Shown in pieces: positions 1-7,653 of a DNA stretch of 35,093 nt. Source of the DNA: an uncultured Candidatus Saccharibacteria bacterium (GTDB lineage Bacteria > Patescibacteriota > Minisyncoccia > Phycocordibacterales > UBA2100); NCBI GenBank assembly GCA_964350885.1, contig CAYGKV010000008.1:1-35093 (forward strand), written 5' to 3'. How positions within the stretch are numbered: position 1 is the first letter of the stretch; each line of letters begins with the position of its first letter. Below the pieces are notes generated by a model that was not told the DNA's origin, did no database searches, and worked only from the letters and a program-made list of their open reading frames with translations. The position numbers and the translations under genes were made by a program.

Positions 1-419
1 AGGCCCATCAATTCGCCGGATTGTTCGTACCGATAGAGCTTGGCCAATTCTGCGATGCGCATGGGGAGTTCTCGGTAGCTGTGTGGCTTGTCGAGATACA
101 GTTCGAAATGGTGCGGGCACGTCATCGGGCGGAGCATGAATTCTTCGTCGTCGATCACGATTGGTGCATACATTGAGTCTTTGTAGTGAGGGTAGTGCCC
201 GGATTTCTTGTAGAGATCGAGCTTGGCGATGTCGGGCGTGTAGACGTGGAGATAACCGCGTCGGATCTCTTCGTCGACGATGAAGCGCTCAAGCTCGCGG
301 CGGATCACGGAGCCTTTGGGAGTCCAGAGGGGGAGGCCTTTGCCCACAGAATCGGAAAAAGTAAACAAATCTAGCTCTTTGCCGAGTTTTTTGTGATCGC
401 GATCTTGTTCCTCGGCCAT
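1..419 (-). CDS. thrS: Threonyl-tRNA synthetase, short form (3' part runs off the window)
   Basis: Manual translation from ATG 419: MAEEQDRDHKKLGKELDLFTFSDSVGKGLPLWTPKG...LYKKSGHYPHY...LRPMTCPHH...SYRELPMRIAE...YRYEQSGELMG, which are ThrRS catalytic-domain motifs. TAGTAT -10-like box 8 nt upstream. Confidence 0.95.
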   Translation of the reverse strand, partial: MAEEQDRDHKKLGKELDLFTFSDSVGKGLPLWTPKGSVIRRELERFIVDEEIRRGYLHVYTPDIAKLDLYKKSGHYPHYKDSMYAPIVIDDEEFMLRPMTCPHHFELYLDKPHSYRELPMRIAELAKLYRYEQSGELMG

Positions 420-445
420 AGCTTTCCATACTATCTCGAATATAT

Positions 446-478
446 AAAAAAGGGAACGGCGACCACTGGGGCCGCCGC
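446..478 (-). terminator. Probable intrinsic terminator after the hypothetical gene
   Basis: Minus strand GCGGCGGCC-ccagt-GGTCGCCGT hairpin followed by TCCCTTTTTT. Confidence 0.55.
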
Positions 479-495
479 TGAAATGCTGGAAGATA

Positions 496-861
496 TTAGG
501 TTCCCGCCTCCTCCCCTAAGAATTTGCAGCACATCATCGCATCCACGATTTTCATGTGGTCGGTGCGACGACGATCCTGCGTGACTCTTTTTAGAGTTAC
601 ACAGACATCTGCGAGGTCGCGGATGATCATCGCGCGACAGTACTCAGTCCGAGGATGGAGATCGCGCATTAAACCCTCCATGTAGACCAGAATCCGCTGA
701 TTCTTAGAATTCGTCAGGTCGCGAACCATGTCTAGGAGAGCCAGTCGGGCTTGTTCAACGTATGCCTTCTGCCTCTCGGTGCATGTGCCATGACTGGAGG
801 CTGCACGTAACGCCCGGCTACATTCCTTGAATATCTCGCGTCTTTTGTTGAGTTTCCTCAC
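496..861 (-). CDS. Hypothetical protein (~121 aa, probably helical)
   Basis: 3' part of ORF 496..1014. GTG at 861 is preceded by GAGGA and avoids the overlap with dnaE. No recognisable motif. Confidence 0.55.
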   Translation of the reverse strand: MRKLNKRREIFKECSRALRAASSHGTCTERQKAYVEQARLALLDMVRDLTNSKNQRILVYMEGLMRDLHPRTEYCRAMIIRDLADVCVTLKRVTQDRRRTDHMKIVDAMMCCKFLGEEAGT

Positions 862-935
862 CCGTTCCTCCTCTGATTTGTGCCCCAACCTCTGTTGATG
901 CCAGTGTAATTTATAACACAGAAAATCGGTTTTGG

Positions 936-3900
936 CTACAATGCCTTCGCTTTTTCGACGACGAAGCTGGATTCGCCGTTGCGGTCTGAAATCCTGCCTT
1001 TGACGGCGATGCATGCGCCCGGAGCCAATAGCTGCGCATATTCTTTGTATGTACGCGGGAATGCGACGAGCTCGATTGATCCAGAGAAATCGGCGAGTTT
1101 GAGAAACGCCATACGCTCGCCGTTTTTTGTAAGGTTGATACGGGCGGTTTCTACGAAGCCCGCAATTACCGTCTCCACGCCGAGCATGTGCTCCTTTGCA
1201 TGTTTAACGCTCTTTTTGGGATCGGTGAATTTGTCTTTGTGCTTGTCGAGTGGATGCCCAGATATGTAGAGACCGAGGAGTTCTTTTTCCCACGTGAGGC
1301 GCTGGTCGAGGGATGCCGCTTCTGTACGCGGGAGCTGGAGTGGTGCGCGGGTAGTGTGTGCACCGAAAAGCGAGGTTTGATCGGCGGAGACCTTGGTATG
1401 TTCGCGATGATATTCGAGCAGCGTCTCGATGTGTGCCATCATTGCTCCGCGTTCGCCAAGCTCGTCCAAGGCGCCGGACTGGATGAGAGACTCGAGGGAT
1501 TTTTTGTTGAGATTTTTGTCGCTTGCCCGCGAAAGGAAATCGGCGATGTCTGCAAATGGGTCAGTTTTTTCTCGGGTTTCGATAATCGAATCCCCCACTC
1601 CTGTACCGAAATTTTTGATGGAATATAATCCGAAACGAATCTCGGTGTCATTGGTGACGGTAAAATTGCCGTAGCTGCTCTGTACCGATGGTGGCAAAAT
1701 CGCAATCCCCATGCGTTTGCATTCAGCGACGACTTCCGCGATCCGCTCCACATCGCCCGCGTCGGCGGTAAGAACAGAGGCCATGTAATCGACAGGGAAA
1801 TTGGCTTTCATGTAGGCGGTCTTGTACGCGAGGTTGCCGTAGCTTGCGGCGTGTGCCTTGTTGAAGCCATATGCGGCGAAGGTCTCTATTTGCTCCCACA
1901 AATTTTGTACGGCCTTCTGCTTCATTCCATGCGCGACGCATCCCTTCGTAAATTTCTCTTTCTGCGCGGCCATTTCTTTGGGAATCTTCTTCCCCATCGC
2001 TTTCCGGAATTTGTCGGCCTCGAGCCATGAGTAGCCGGCGATCTCGCGCGCGATCATAAGGACGTCGTCTTGGTAAGTGATGACGCCGTAGGAATTTTTG
2101 AGAATCGGCTCCATGCGCGGGTCGAGATATTTCACAAGCTTCGGATTTTTCTTGCGCTCAATATATGCAGGGATGAAATTCATGGGGCCAGGCCGGTAGA
2201 GTGCAACCATCGCGTTGATATCGTGGATTGAGGTCGGCTTCAAGTCGACGAGGTAGGTGGTCATGCCACCGCCCGCGAGCTGGAATACGCCCAGCGTTTC
2301 GCCCCGAGAGAGCATCTCGTAGGTCTTCGCGTCATCGAGGGGGAGCTTGTCGAGATTGACCGAGACGCCGAGTCGCTTCTCGACACGTTCTACAGAGTCG
2401 GCGAGCACCGAGAGGTTGGTGAGGCCGAGGAAATCGAATTTGAGGAGGCCGGCTTCTTCGATGGCGTACATATCGTACTGCGTGATGATGTGATTTCCTT
2501 TGGGATCAAACTGGATCGGCGAGAAATCGCTGACGGGGGTAGGTGCGATAACAACTCCGGCGGCGTGGACACCCACATGTCGTGCGTTGCCCTCGATCTT
2601 TTGCGCGAGGTCGAGAAGCTCGCGCGCGTCCGCGTCGTTTTTGTACATATCCGCAAGCTCGGGAGTTTCTTTGAGCGCGCCCACAATCGTGACCGGAAAA
2701 CCCTGTTTGCCGAAGGGGATCAACTTTGCAATCCTATCGCCAAGTCCGTACGAATGACCGAGTGCGCGCGCGACATCGCGCACTGCCGCGCGCGCCATCA
2801 TGGTGCCGAACGTGCCAATCTGCGCCACTTTGTCTTCTCCGTATTTATTACGCACGTACGCGATGAGCTTGTCCCGTTTATCATCAGCGAGATCCATATC
2901 GATATCGGGCGGCGATGGGCGCTCGGGATTGAGGAATCGCTCGAAGGGGAGTTGGTATTCGATTGGATTCACCGTTGTGATCCCCGAGAGATATGAGACG
3001 AGGGAACCCGCTGCGCTTCCTCGGGTATTGGTGAGTATTTTTTCTTCACGCGCATGACGCAGGAGGTCGGCGACAACGAGAAAGTACGGAGTGTATCCCT
3101 TGCTCCCGATAATAGAGAGTTCATAGTCTACGCGTTCCACATTTTCTTTCGATTTCTGCACACCGCGTTCGGCAAAACCCTTTTCCGCGAGGATGCGCAA
3201 CTCTTGATCGGCACTACTTCCCTCTGGAATGGGGAATTCAGGGAAGACCCACCGTCCGAGGTTGAGCTCTAGATTGCAGGATTCGGCGATGCGAGCAGCG
3301 TTCTCCACGGCCTCCGGTACGTCGGAAAAAAGTTCGCCTGCGCGCGCTTTGCTAATAAAAGAAAAATCATGCGCACCTTGCTCGACGTCGCGATTAAGTA
3401 CACTCGCGGTGCGGATGTTGTTTACGAGTTCGCGCGCGAGCGCGTCTTCTCGGGTGAGATAGTATGTGTCGTGCGCCGCGACGAGAGGGATTTTCATCTC
3501 ATGTGCGATTACGACGAGCGCCTTCATTGCCTTTTCATGACCGTCGATTTCCGGATGACGAGTAATTTCCACGAATAGATTGTCGGCGTAGATGCGGCGA
3601 TAGGTGTCGAGCGTTTCTTTTGCGCGTTCAACAACATTGTCTTTTATCGGTTGAATGTGTTCACCGCCAAACGAAGGAAGGATCGCGATGAGTCCGTCTT
3701 TGTGTACTTCCATCAGTTCGTGATCGATGCGCGGGCGGATATGGAAGCCCTCGAGGTGCGATGCGGAAACGAGCTGGAGAAGATTGCGATACCCCGCTTC
3801 ATTTTTTGCGAGCAGGACGAGGCGGTAGGTGTGGTCGTCGACGCGGTGTTCCTTGTCGCGTCGCGTACGAGGTGCAACAAAGAAGTCCACACCGATTATC

Positions 3901-4088
3901 GGTTTTATCCCGTTTTCTTTGCATTCTTTGTAGAAATCGATCGCGCCGTACAAGTTGCCGTTGTCGGTAAGCGCGAGCGCTTCCTGATCGTCGATCTTTG
4001 CTGCCCGTACGAGCTCAGGAATCTTGGGGATTGCCTCAAGGAGAGAGTAGTGCGAGTGAGTGTGGAGATGGACAAAATCGCGCGACAT
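936..4088 (-). CDS. dnaE: DNA polymerase III alpha subunit
   Basis: PHP domain HLHTHSHYSLL, RGSAAGSLV, FERFLNPER, PDIDMD, KFDFLGL, YGFNKAHAA, C-terminal OB fold. Confidence 0.98.
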   Translation of the reverse strand: MSRDFVHLHTHSHYSLLEAIPKIPELVRAAKIDDQEALALTDNGNLYGAIDFYKECKENGIKPIIGVDFFVAPRTRRDKEHRVDDHTYRLVLLAKNEAGYRNLLQLVSASHLEGFHIRPRIDHELMEVHKDGLIAILPSFGGEHIQPIKDNVVERAKETLDTYRRIYADNLFVEITRHPEIDGHEKAMKALVVIAHEMKIPLVAAHDTYYLTREDALARELVNNIRTASVLNRDVEQGAHDFSFISKARAGELFSDVPEAVENAARIAESCNLELNLGRWVFPEFPIPEGSSADQELRILAEKGFAERGVQKSKENVERVDYELSIIGSKGYTPYFLVVADLLRHAREEKILTNTRGSAAGSLVSYLSGITTVNPIEYQLPFERFLNPERPSPPDIDMDLADDKRDKLIAYVRNKYGEDKVAQIGTFGTMMARAAVRDVARALGHSYGLGDRIAKLIPFGKQGFPVTIVGALKETPELADMYKNDADARELLDLAQKIEGNARHVGVHAAGVVIAPTPVSDFSPIQFDPKGNHIITQYDMYAIEEAGLLKFDFLGLTNLSVLADSVERVEKRLGVSVNLDKLPLDDAKTYEMLSRGETLGVFQLAGGGMTTYLVDLKPTSIHDINAMVALYRPGPMNFIPAYIERKKNPKLVKYLDPRMEPILKNSYGVITYQDDVLMIAREIAGYSWLEADKFRKAMGKKIPKEMAAQKEKFTKGCVAHGMKQKAVQNLWEQIETFAAYGFNKAHAASYGNLAYKTAYMKANFPVDYMASVLTADAGDVERIAEVVAECKRMGIAILPPSVQSSYGNFTVTNDTEIRFGLYSIKNFGTGVGDSIIETREKTDPFADIADFLSRASDKNLNKKSLESLIQSGALDELGERGAMMAHIETLLEYHREHTKVSADQTSLFGAHTTRAPLQLPRTEAASLDQRLTWEKELLGLYISGHPLDKHKDKFTDPKKSVKHAKEHMLGVETVIAGFVETARINLTKNGERMAFLKLADFSGSIELVAFPRTYKEYAQLLAPGACIAVKGRISDRNGESSFVVEKAKAL

Positions 4089-4149
4089 GGACTGAGTATA
4101 TCACCGCGTGTTTTAGGGCGCGGATTTCATTTGATATGATTTAACCATA

Positions 4150-4776
4150 ATGAAGTATCTCATTGGTATCGATGAGGCCGGACGTGGACCTTTGGCAGGG
4201 CCGGTCTCGGTAGGGGCAGTACGTATTTCTCCAGATTTCGATTGGTCACAAATAGAAGGAGTGCGGGATTCGAAAAAGCTTTCTGAAAAGGTGCGAGAAA
4301 AGATATTTGAACGTGCTGTTGAATTGCGACAGTCGGATGCGCTACGTTTTGCTGTCTGCACCTCGTCTGCTTCATATATTGATAAGTATGGAATTGTCCC
4401 CGCGATCAAGCGAGCGCTCGCAGAAACGCTCGCGCGCCTCGATGCGGACCCGCGCGAATGCGCCGTGCTTCTCGATGGAAGTCTCAAGGCCCCCCTGGAG
4501 TACGAAAACCAGAAGACCATCGTCCGCGGGGACGATTCCGAGCCTGTTATTTCTCTCGCGTCAGTCATGGCCAAGGTCATGCGTGATCGATTGATGCGGC
4601 GAATCGCACCGCGGTACCCTTCGTACGAGTTTACGGTGCACAAAGGCTACGGCACGTCGGGTCATCTGAAAGAAATTGCCCAGTTTGGCCTCAGCGATAT
4701 TCATCGCACTTCATTTTGTTCGCGCGGTTGCGCGTTGGCTCAAACGCTGTATAATCCCCCTCAATATGGTAGTTAG
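4150..4776 (+). CDS. rnhB: Ribonuclease HII
   Basis: GIDEAGRGPLAGPV, DSKKL, LDG, ASVMAKV, HKGYGT, HRTSF. Confidence 0.97.
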   Translation: MKYLIGIDEAGRGPLAGPVSVGAVRISPDFDWSQIEGVRDSKKLSEKVREKIFERAVELRQSDALRFAVCTSSASYIDKYGIVPAIKRALAETLARLDADPRECAVLLDGSLKAPLEYENQKTIVRGDDSEPVISLASVMAKVMRDRLMRRIAPRYPSYEFTVHKGYGTSGHLKEIAQFGLSDIHRTSFCSRGCALAQTLYNPPQYGS

Positions 4777-5038
4777 AATGCGCGTCAATCGTTCAAAGAC
4801 CGGTAAGCGCCGGAGTCATCACGCCATTTCTGGGCAACGCATTGCGAAGTGCGAATGTGGCGCTCTGCGAGTCTCGCATCGTGCGTGCCCGGATTGTGGA
4901 AAATACAACGGCCGTGTCGTCGTGGACATCGTTGCTCGTGCGAAGAGAGATGCGCGTCGTTCCAAAAGAAAACAGACTGCATTACGAGAAAGCGGCCAAT
5001 CTGCCGAGACGAAAGAAAAAGAGCCAGCCAAAACCTAA
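4766..5038 (+). CDS. rpmF: 50S ribosomal protein bL32 with C-terminal extension
   Basis: MVVRMRVNRSKTGKRRSHH...CECG...HRACPDCGKYNGR. Start reassigned to ATG 4766, with TATAAT at 4750-4755. Confidence 0.93.
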   Translation: MVVRMRVNRSKTGKRRSHHAISGQRIAKCECGALRVSHRACPDCGKYNGRVVVDIVARAKRDARRSKRKQTALRESGQSAETKEKEPAKT

Positions 5039-5076
5039 CCCTCCACTCGTTTCCCTTGATCTTTCAATAAAATAGT

Positions 5077-6084
5077 ATGGCAAACAGACATCTCGCCCGG
5101 TCAGTCGTCCTGCAGGTGCTTTTTGAGCGCGATTCTGCGGCAGGAAACATGTCGACTGATCAATTATTTGCTCGCCTCGCCGATTACGGACAGGAATTTG
5201 GCGCGCGAGATTCGGATATGCCCTTCATGAAGAATCTTCTTCAGACTGCGATTGCCAAGCAGAAAGAAATCGACGAGGTCATCATACGCGCTGCACCCGA
5301 GTGGCCGATAAATAAGATCGCGACGATCGATCGCAATGTTTTGCGTGTGGGTCTCACAGAGCTTTTGTATGCTGATCGTACACAGGTGCCGGCTAAGGTC
5401 GCCATCAACGAAGCAATCGAGCTTGCGAAAACATTTGGTAGTGCCTCTTCGGGGCGATTTGTAAATGGTGTCCTCGGCGCAGTCTATGTGGAACTGGGTG
5501 AGCCTGGTAAGACCGATGGGCACGCGCGCAAGGAAGTGAGTCAGAAGTCGGCCAAAATGCCGACAGAACACCTTGCGGGCGCTGTTGTATACGCTCGCTC
5601 GGAAGGGGAAACATATCTCGCGTTTGTTCACGATATTTTCGGTCATTGGACGATATCGAAGGGCAAGGTAGAAGGGGGTGAGGATGCGAAAGACGGCGCG
5701 GTCCGAAAAATAAAGGAGGAAATGAATCTCGATATTAAGATCGTGCAAGAGCTCGGTGTAAATGAATACGTGGCCAATGATTCCAAAGTGGAAGGGGGCA
5801 AGAAGCGCAAGCGCGTCAGCTACTTTCTTGCCGAAGCGCCGTTTACTGAGATTCGATTGGGGCCGAGTGGCGGATTGGACGACGCACAGTGGTTTCCCCT
5901 CTCTACTGTAGGTGATTTGAATTTTTATGATGACACGCTCAAGATTATTGTGCCTGCGATCAACGTGCTCGCAAGAAAGCCGTCTCTCACCGAAGAGCCT
6001 GTAGAGGCACAGAAGCCTGTGGAAGAGCGCGAGGAGACCCGAGAATCGCGGATTGAGAGCAGGGGAGGTCGTCGGTCACGCTGA
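5077..6084 (+). CDS. nusB: NusB antitermination factor fused to a Nudix-fold domain
   Basis: N-half RHLARSVVLQVLF...IDRNVLR...VAINEAIELAKTFG...FVNGVLG; C-half AGAVVY...WTISKGKVEGGE...RKIKEEMNL (Nudix-box-like). Confidence 0.92.
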   Translation: MANRHLARSVVLQVLFERDSAAGNMSTDQLFARLADYGQEFGARDSDMPFMKNLLQTAIAKQKEIDEVIIRAAPEWPINKIATIDRNVLRVGLTELLYADRTQVPAKVAINEAIELAKTFGSASSGRFVNGVLGAVYVELGEPGKTDGHARKEVSQKSAKMPTEHLAGAVVYARSEGETYLAFVHDIFGHWTISKGKVEGGEDAKDGAVRKIKEEMNLDIKIVQELGVNEYVANDSKVEGGKKRKRVSYFLAEAPFTEIRLGPSGGLDDAQWFPLSTVGDLNFYDDTLKIIVPAINVLARKPSLTEEPVEAQKPVEEREETRESRIESRGGRRSR

Positions 6085-6110
6085 GCCGGATATAGTGTGA
6101 ATCATTGTGT

Positions 6111-6797
6111 ATGGATTTTTCGACATTTGAAACAAGGATCGGCTGCACGTTTAAGGACAAGCGCTTGCTCGAACAAGCGTATACACACCGCTCGTATTTG
6201 AATGAGAATCGTGCGCCGGGGCGCGAGCACAATGAGCGCTTGGAATTTCTCGGCGACGCGGTTTTGGAACTTGTCGTCACAGAATTTTTGTATGCCAAAT
6301 ATCCACAGAAGCCTGAGGGGGATTTGACCGCATATCGCGCGGCGCTCGTAAATACGCAAAGTATTGCGGATGCTGCGGTAAAGCTCGGCATGAATGATTT
6401 TCTCCTCCTCAGTCGAGGGGAGGCGCGCGACCAAGGTCGCGCGCGACAGATCATCCTTGCCAACGCGTTCGAGGCCTTGATTGGCGCGCTGTATTTGGAC
6501 TCGGGATATATTACTGCAAGAGACTTCATAGGAAAACAATTGTTCCACAAGACAGACGAGGTGGTTGCAAAGCGTTTGTGGCAAGACGCAAAGAGCAAAC
6601 TCCAAGAGATTTCACAGGAGTTGCTCGGTCACACGCCGACATACGAGGTGGTGAGTCAGACGGGGCCGGATCATGACAAAAAATTTGTCGTTGCCGCCCA
6701 GCTTGGAGGCGAGCGGGTAGCGACGGGAGAAGGGAAGTCGAAGCAGGAAGCAGAACAAGCTGCGGCGGAAAAAGCACTACAGGCAAAAGGTTGGTAA
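6111..6797 (+). CDS. rnc: Ribonuclease III
   Basis: THRSY, HNERLEFLGDAVL, ANAFEALIGALYLD, C-terminal dsRBD (DAKSKLQE...GKSKQEAEQAAA). ATG 6111 preferred as start. Confidence 0.97.
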   Translation: MDFSTFETRIGCTFKDKRLLEQAYTHRSYLNENRAPGREHNERLEFLGDAVLELVVTEFLYAKYPQKPEGDLTAYRAALVNTQSIADAAVKLGMNDFLLLSRGEARDQGRARQIILANAFEALIGALYLDSGYITARDFIGKQLFHKTDEVVAKRLWQDAKSKLQEISQELLGHTPTYEVVSQTGPDHDKKFVVAAQLGGERVATGEGKSKQEAEQAAAEKALQAKGW

Positions 6798-6807
6798 ATC
6801 TATACGA

Positions 6808-7506
6808 TCATCGATGAGGTTTAACCTCATCGGACTGGAGCATCCGATACGTTTTTGCCTCGCGAATCATTTGTTTCAGTGTCGGTATATTCTCAAAAAG
6901 CTCAAAAATTGAGTTGTTGAGAAGTGATTTATGGAGTCGCTTCACTCCTAGGAATTCTGGTAAGCTCGAGTAGGGATACTGCTTCAGCTTCTCCTCCATG
7001 TCGGACTTGCTATTCGTCCTTTCTTTCCATAGAGGATCAATGAGTTCTGCTGGATTTAAGTGCACGTAAGAAACGAGATGTTTCAGATATTGATCATCTT
7101 CGACGTGCTTCGATTTGAAGGTACCTGAGAATAGTGCGCCAGTACGCGCATTTTTTTGATTAAAGTACATCGTGTAGCCAGTAAATACTTTTTGCATAAA
7201 GAGAGAAATGCCACCCTCCCGGATTTCTTTAAGAACGAAGTGGAAATGGTTTGGCATCAGCGCATATGCCCCTATTTCGACGATTGGTTTTTCCTCTTTC
7301 GACGACGACGAAGCGCTTCCGAGCACATCATTCAACCGTGCATGAGTCATGCCGAAAAGGCGAACGGCTTGGGCGTGCTTTGCTAGATACATAAGGATAA
7401 GCATCCGTTCGTAATCTCGTTTGTTGAGGAATACCCGCCGTTTGTCGACTCCCCGATTGTAGCAGTGGTACCACTCGCCGATCTCGATAGGTTTTCTGTT
7501 GGCCAT
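6808..7506 (-). CDS. REP-associated tyrosine (HUH/Y1) transposase, copy 1
   Basis: YHCYNRGVDKR, AYALMPNHFHF (HUH), YFNQKNARTGALF, YVHLNP (catalytic Tyr), YPYSS. TATAAT 6 nt before ATG 7506. Confidence 0.92.
   Translation of the reverse strand: MANRKPIEIGEWYHCYNRGVDKRRVFLNKRDYERMLILMYLAKHAQAVRLFGMTHARLNDVLGSASSSSKEEKPIVEIGAYALMPNHFHFVLKEIREGGISLFMQKVFTGYTMYFNQKNARTGALFSGTFKSKHVEDDQYLKHLVSYVHLNPAELIDPLWKERTNSKSDMEEKLKQYPYSSLPEFLGVKRLHKSLLNNSIFELFENIPTLKQMIREAKTYRMLQSDEVKPHR
6812..6832. repeat. REP-like palindrome, family A, left copy
   Basis: CGATGAGGTTTAACCTCATCG; overlaps the last codons of transposase 1. Confidence 0.92.
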
Positions 7507-7525
7507 GGCCGAATTATACATTGAG

Positions 7526-7546
7526 CGATGAGGTTAAACCTCATCG
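7526..7546. repeat. REP-like palindrome, family A, right copy (inverted)
   Basis: CGATGAGGTTAAACCTCATCG, the exact reverse complement of 6812-6832. Confidence 0.92.
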
Positions 7547-7653
7547 TTATCGCATATAACCTCAATCTTGCGTGAAGGGGAGGCAAGAGACGATTGTTCT
7601 GAGGTGTCAGTATCCCCGCAGACGCTGCTTTTATTTTGCTACAATGAACCTCA

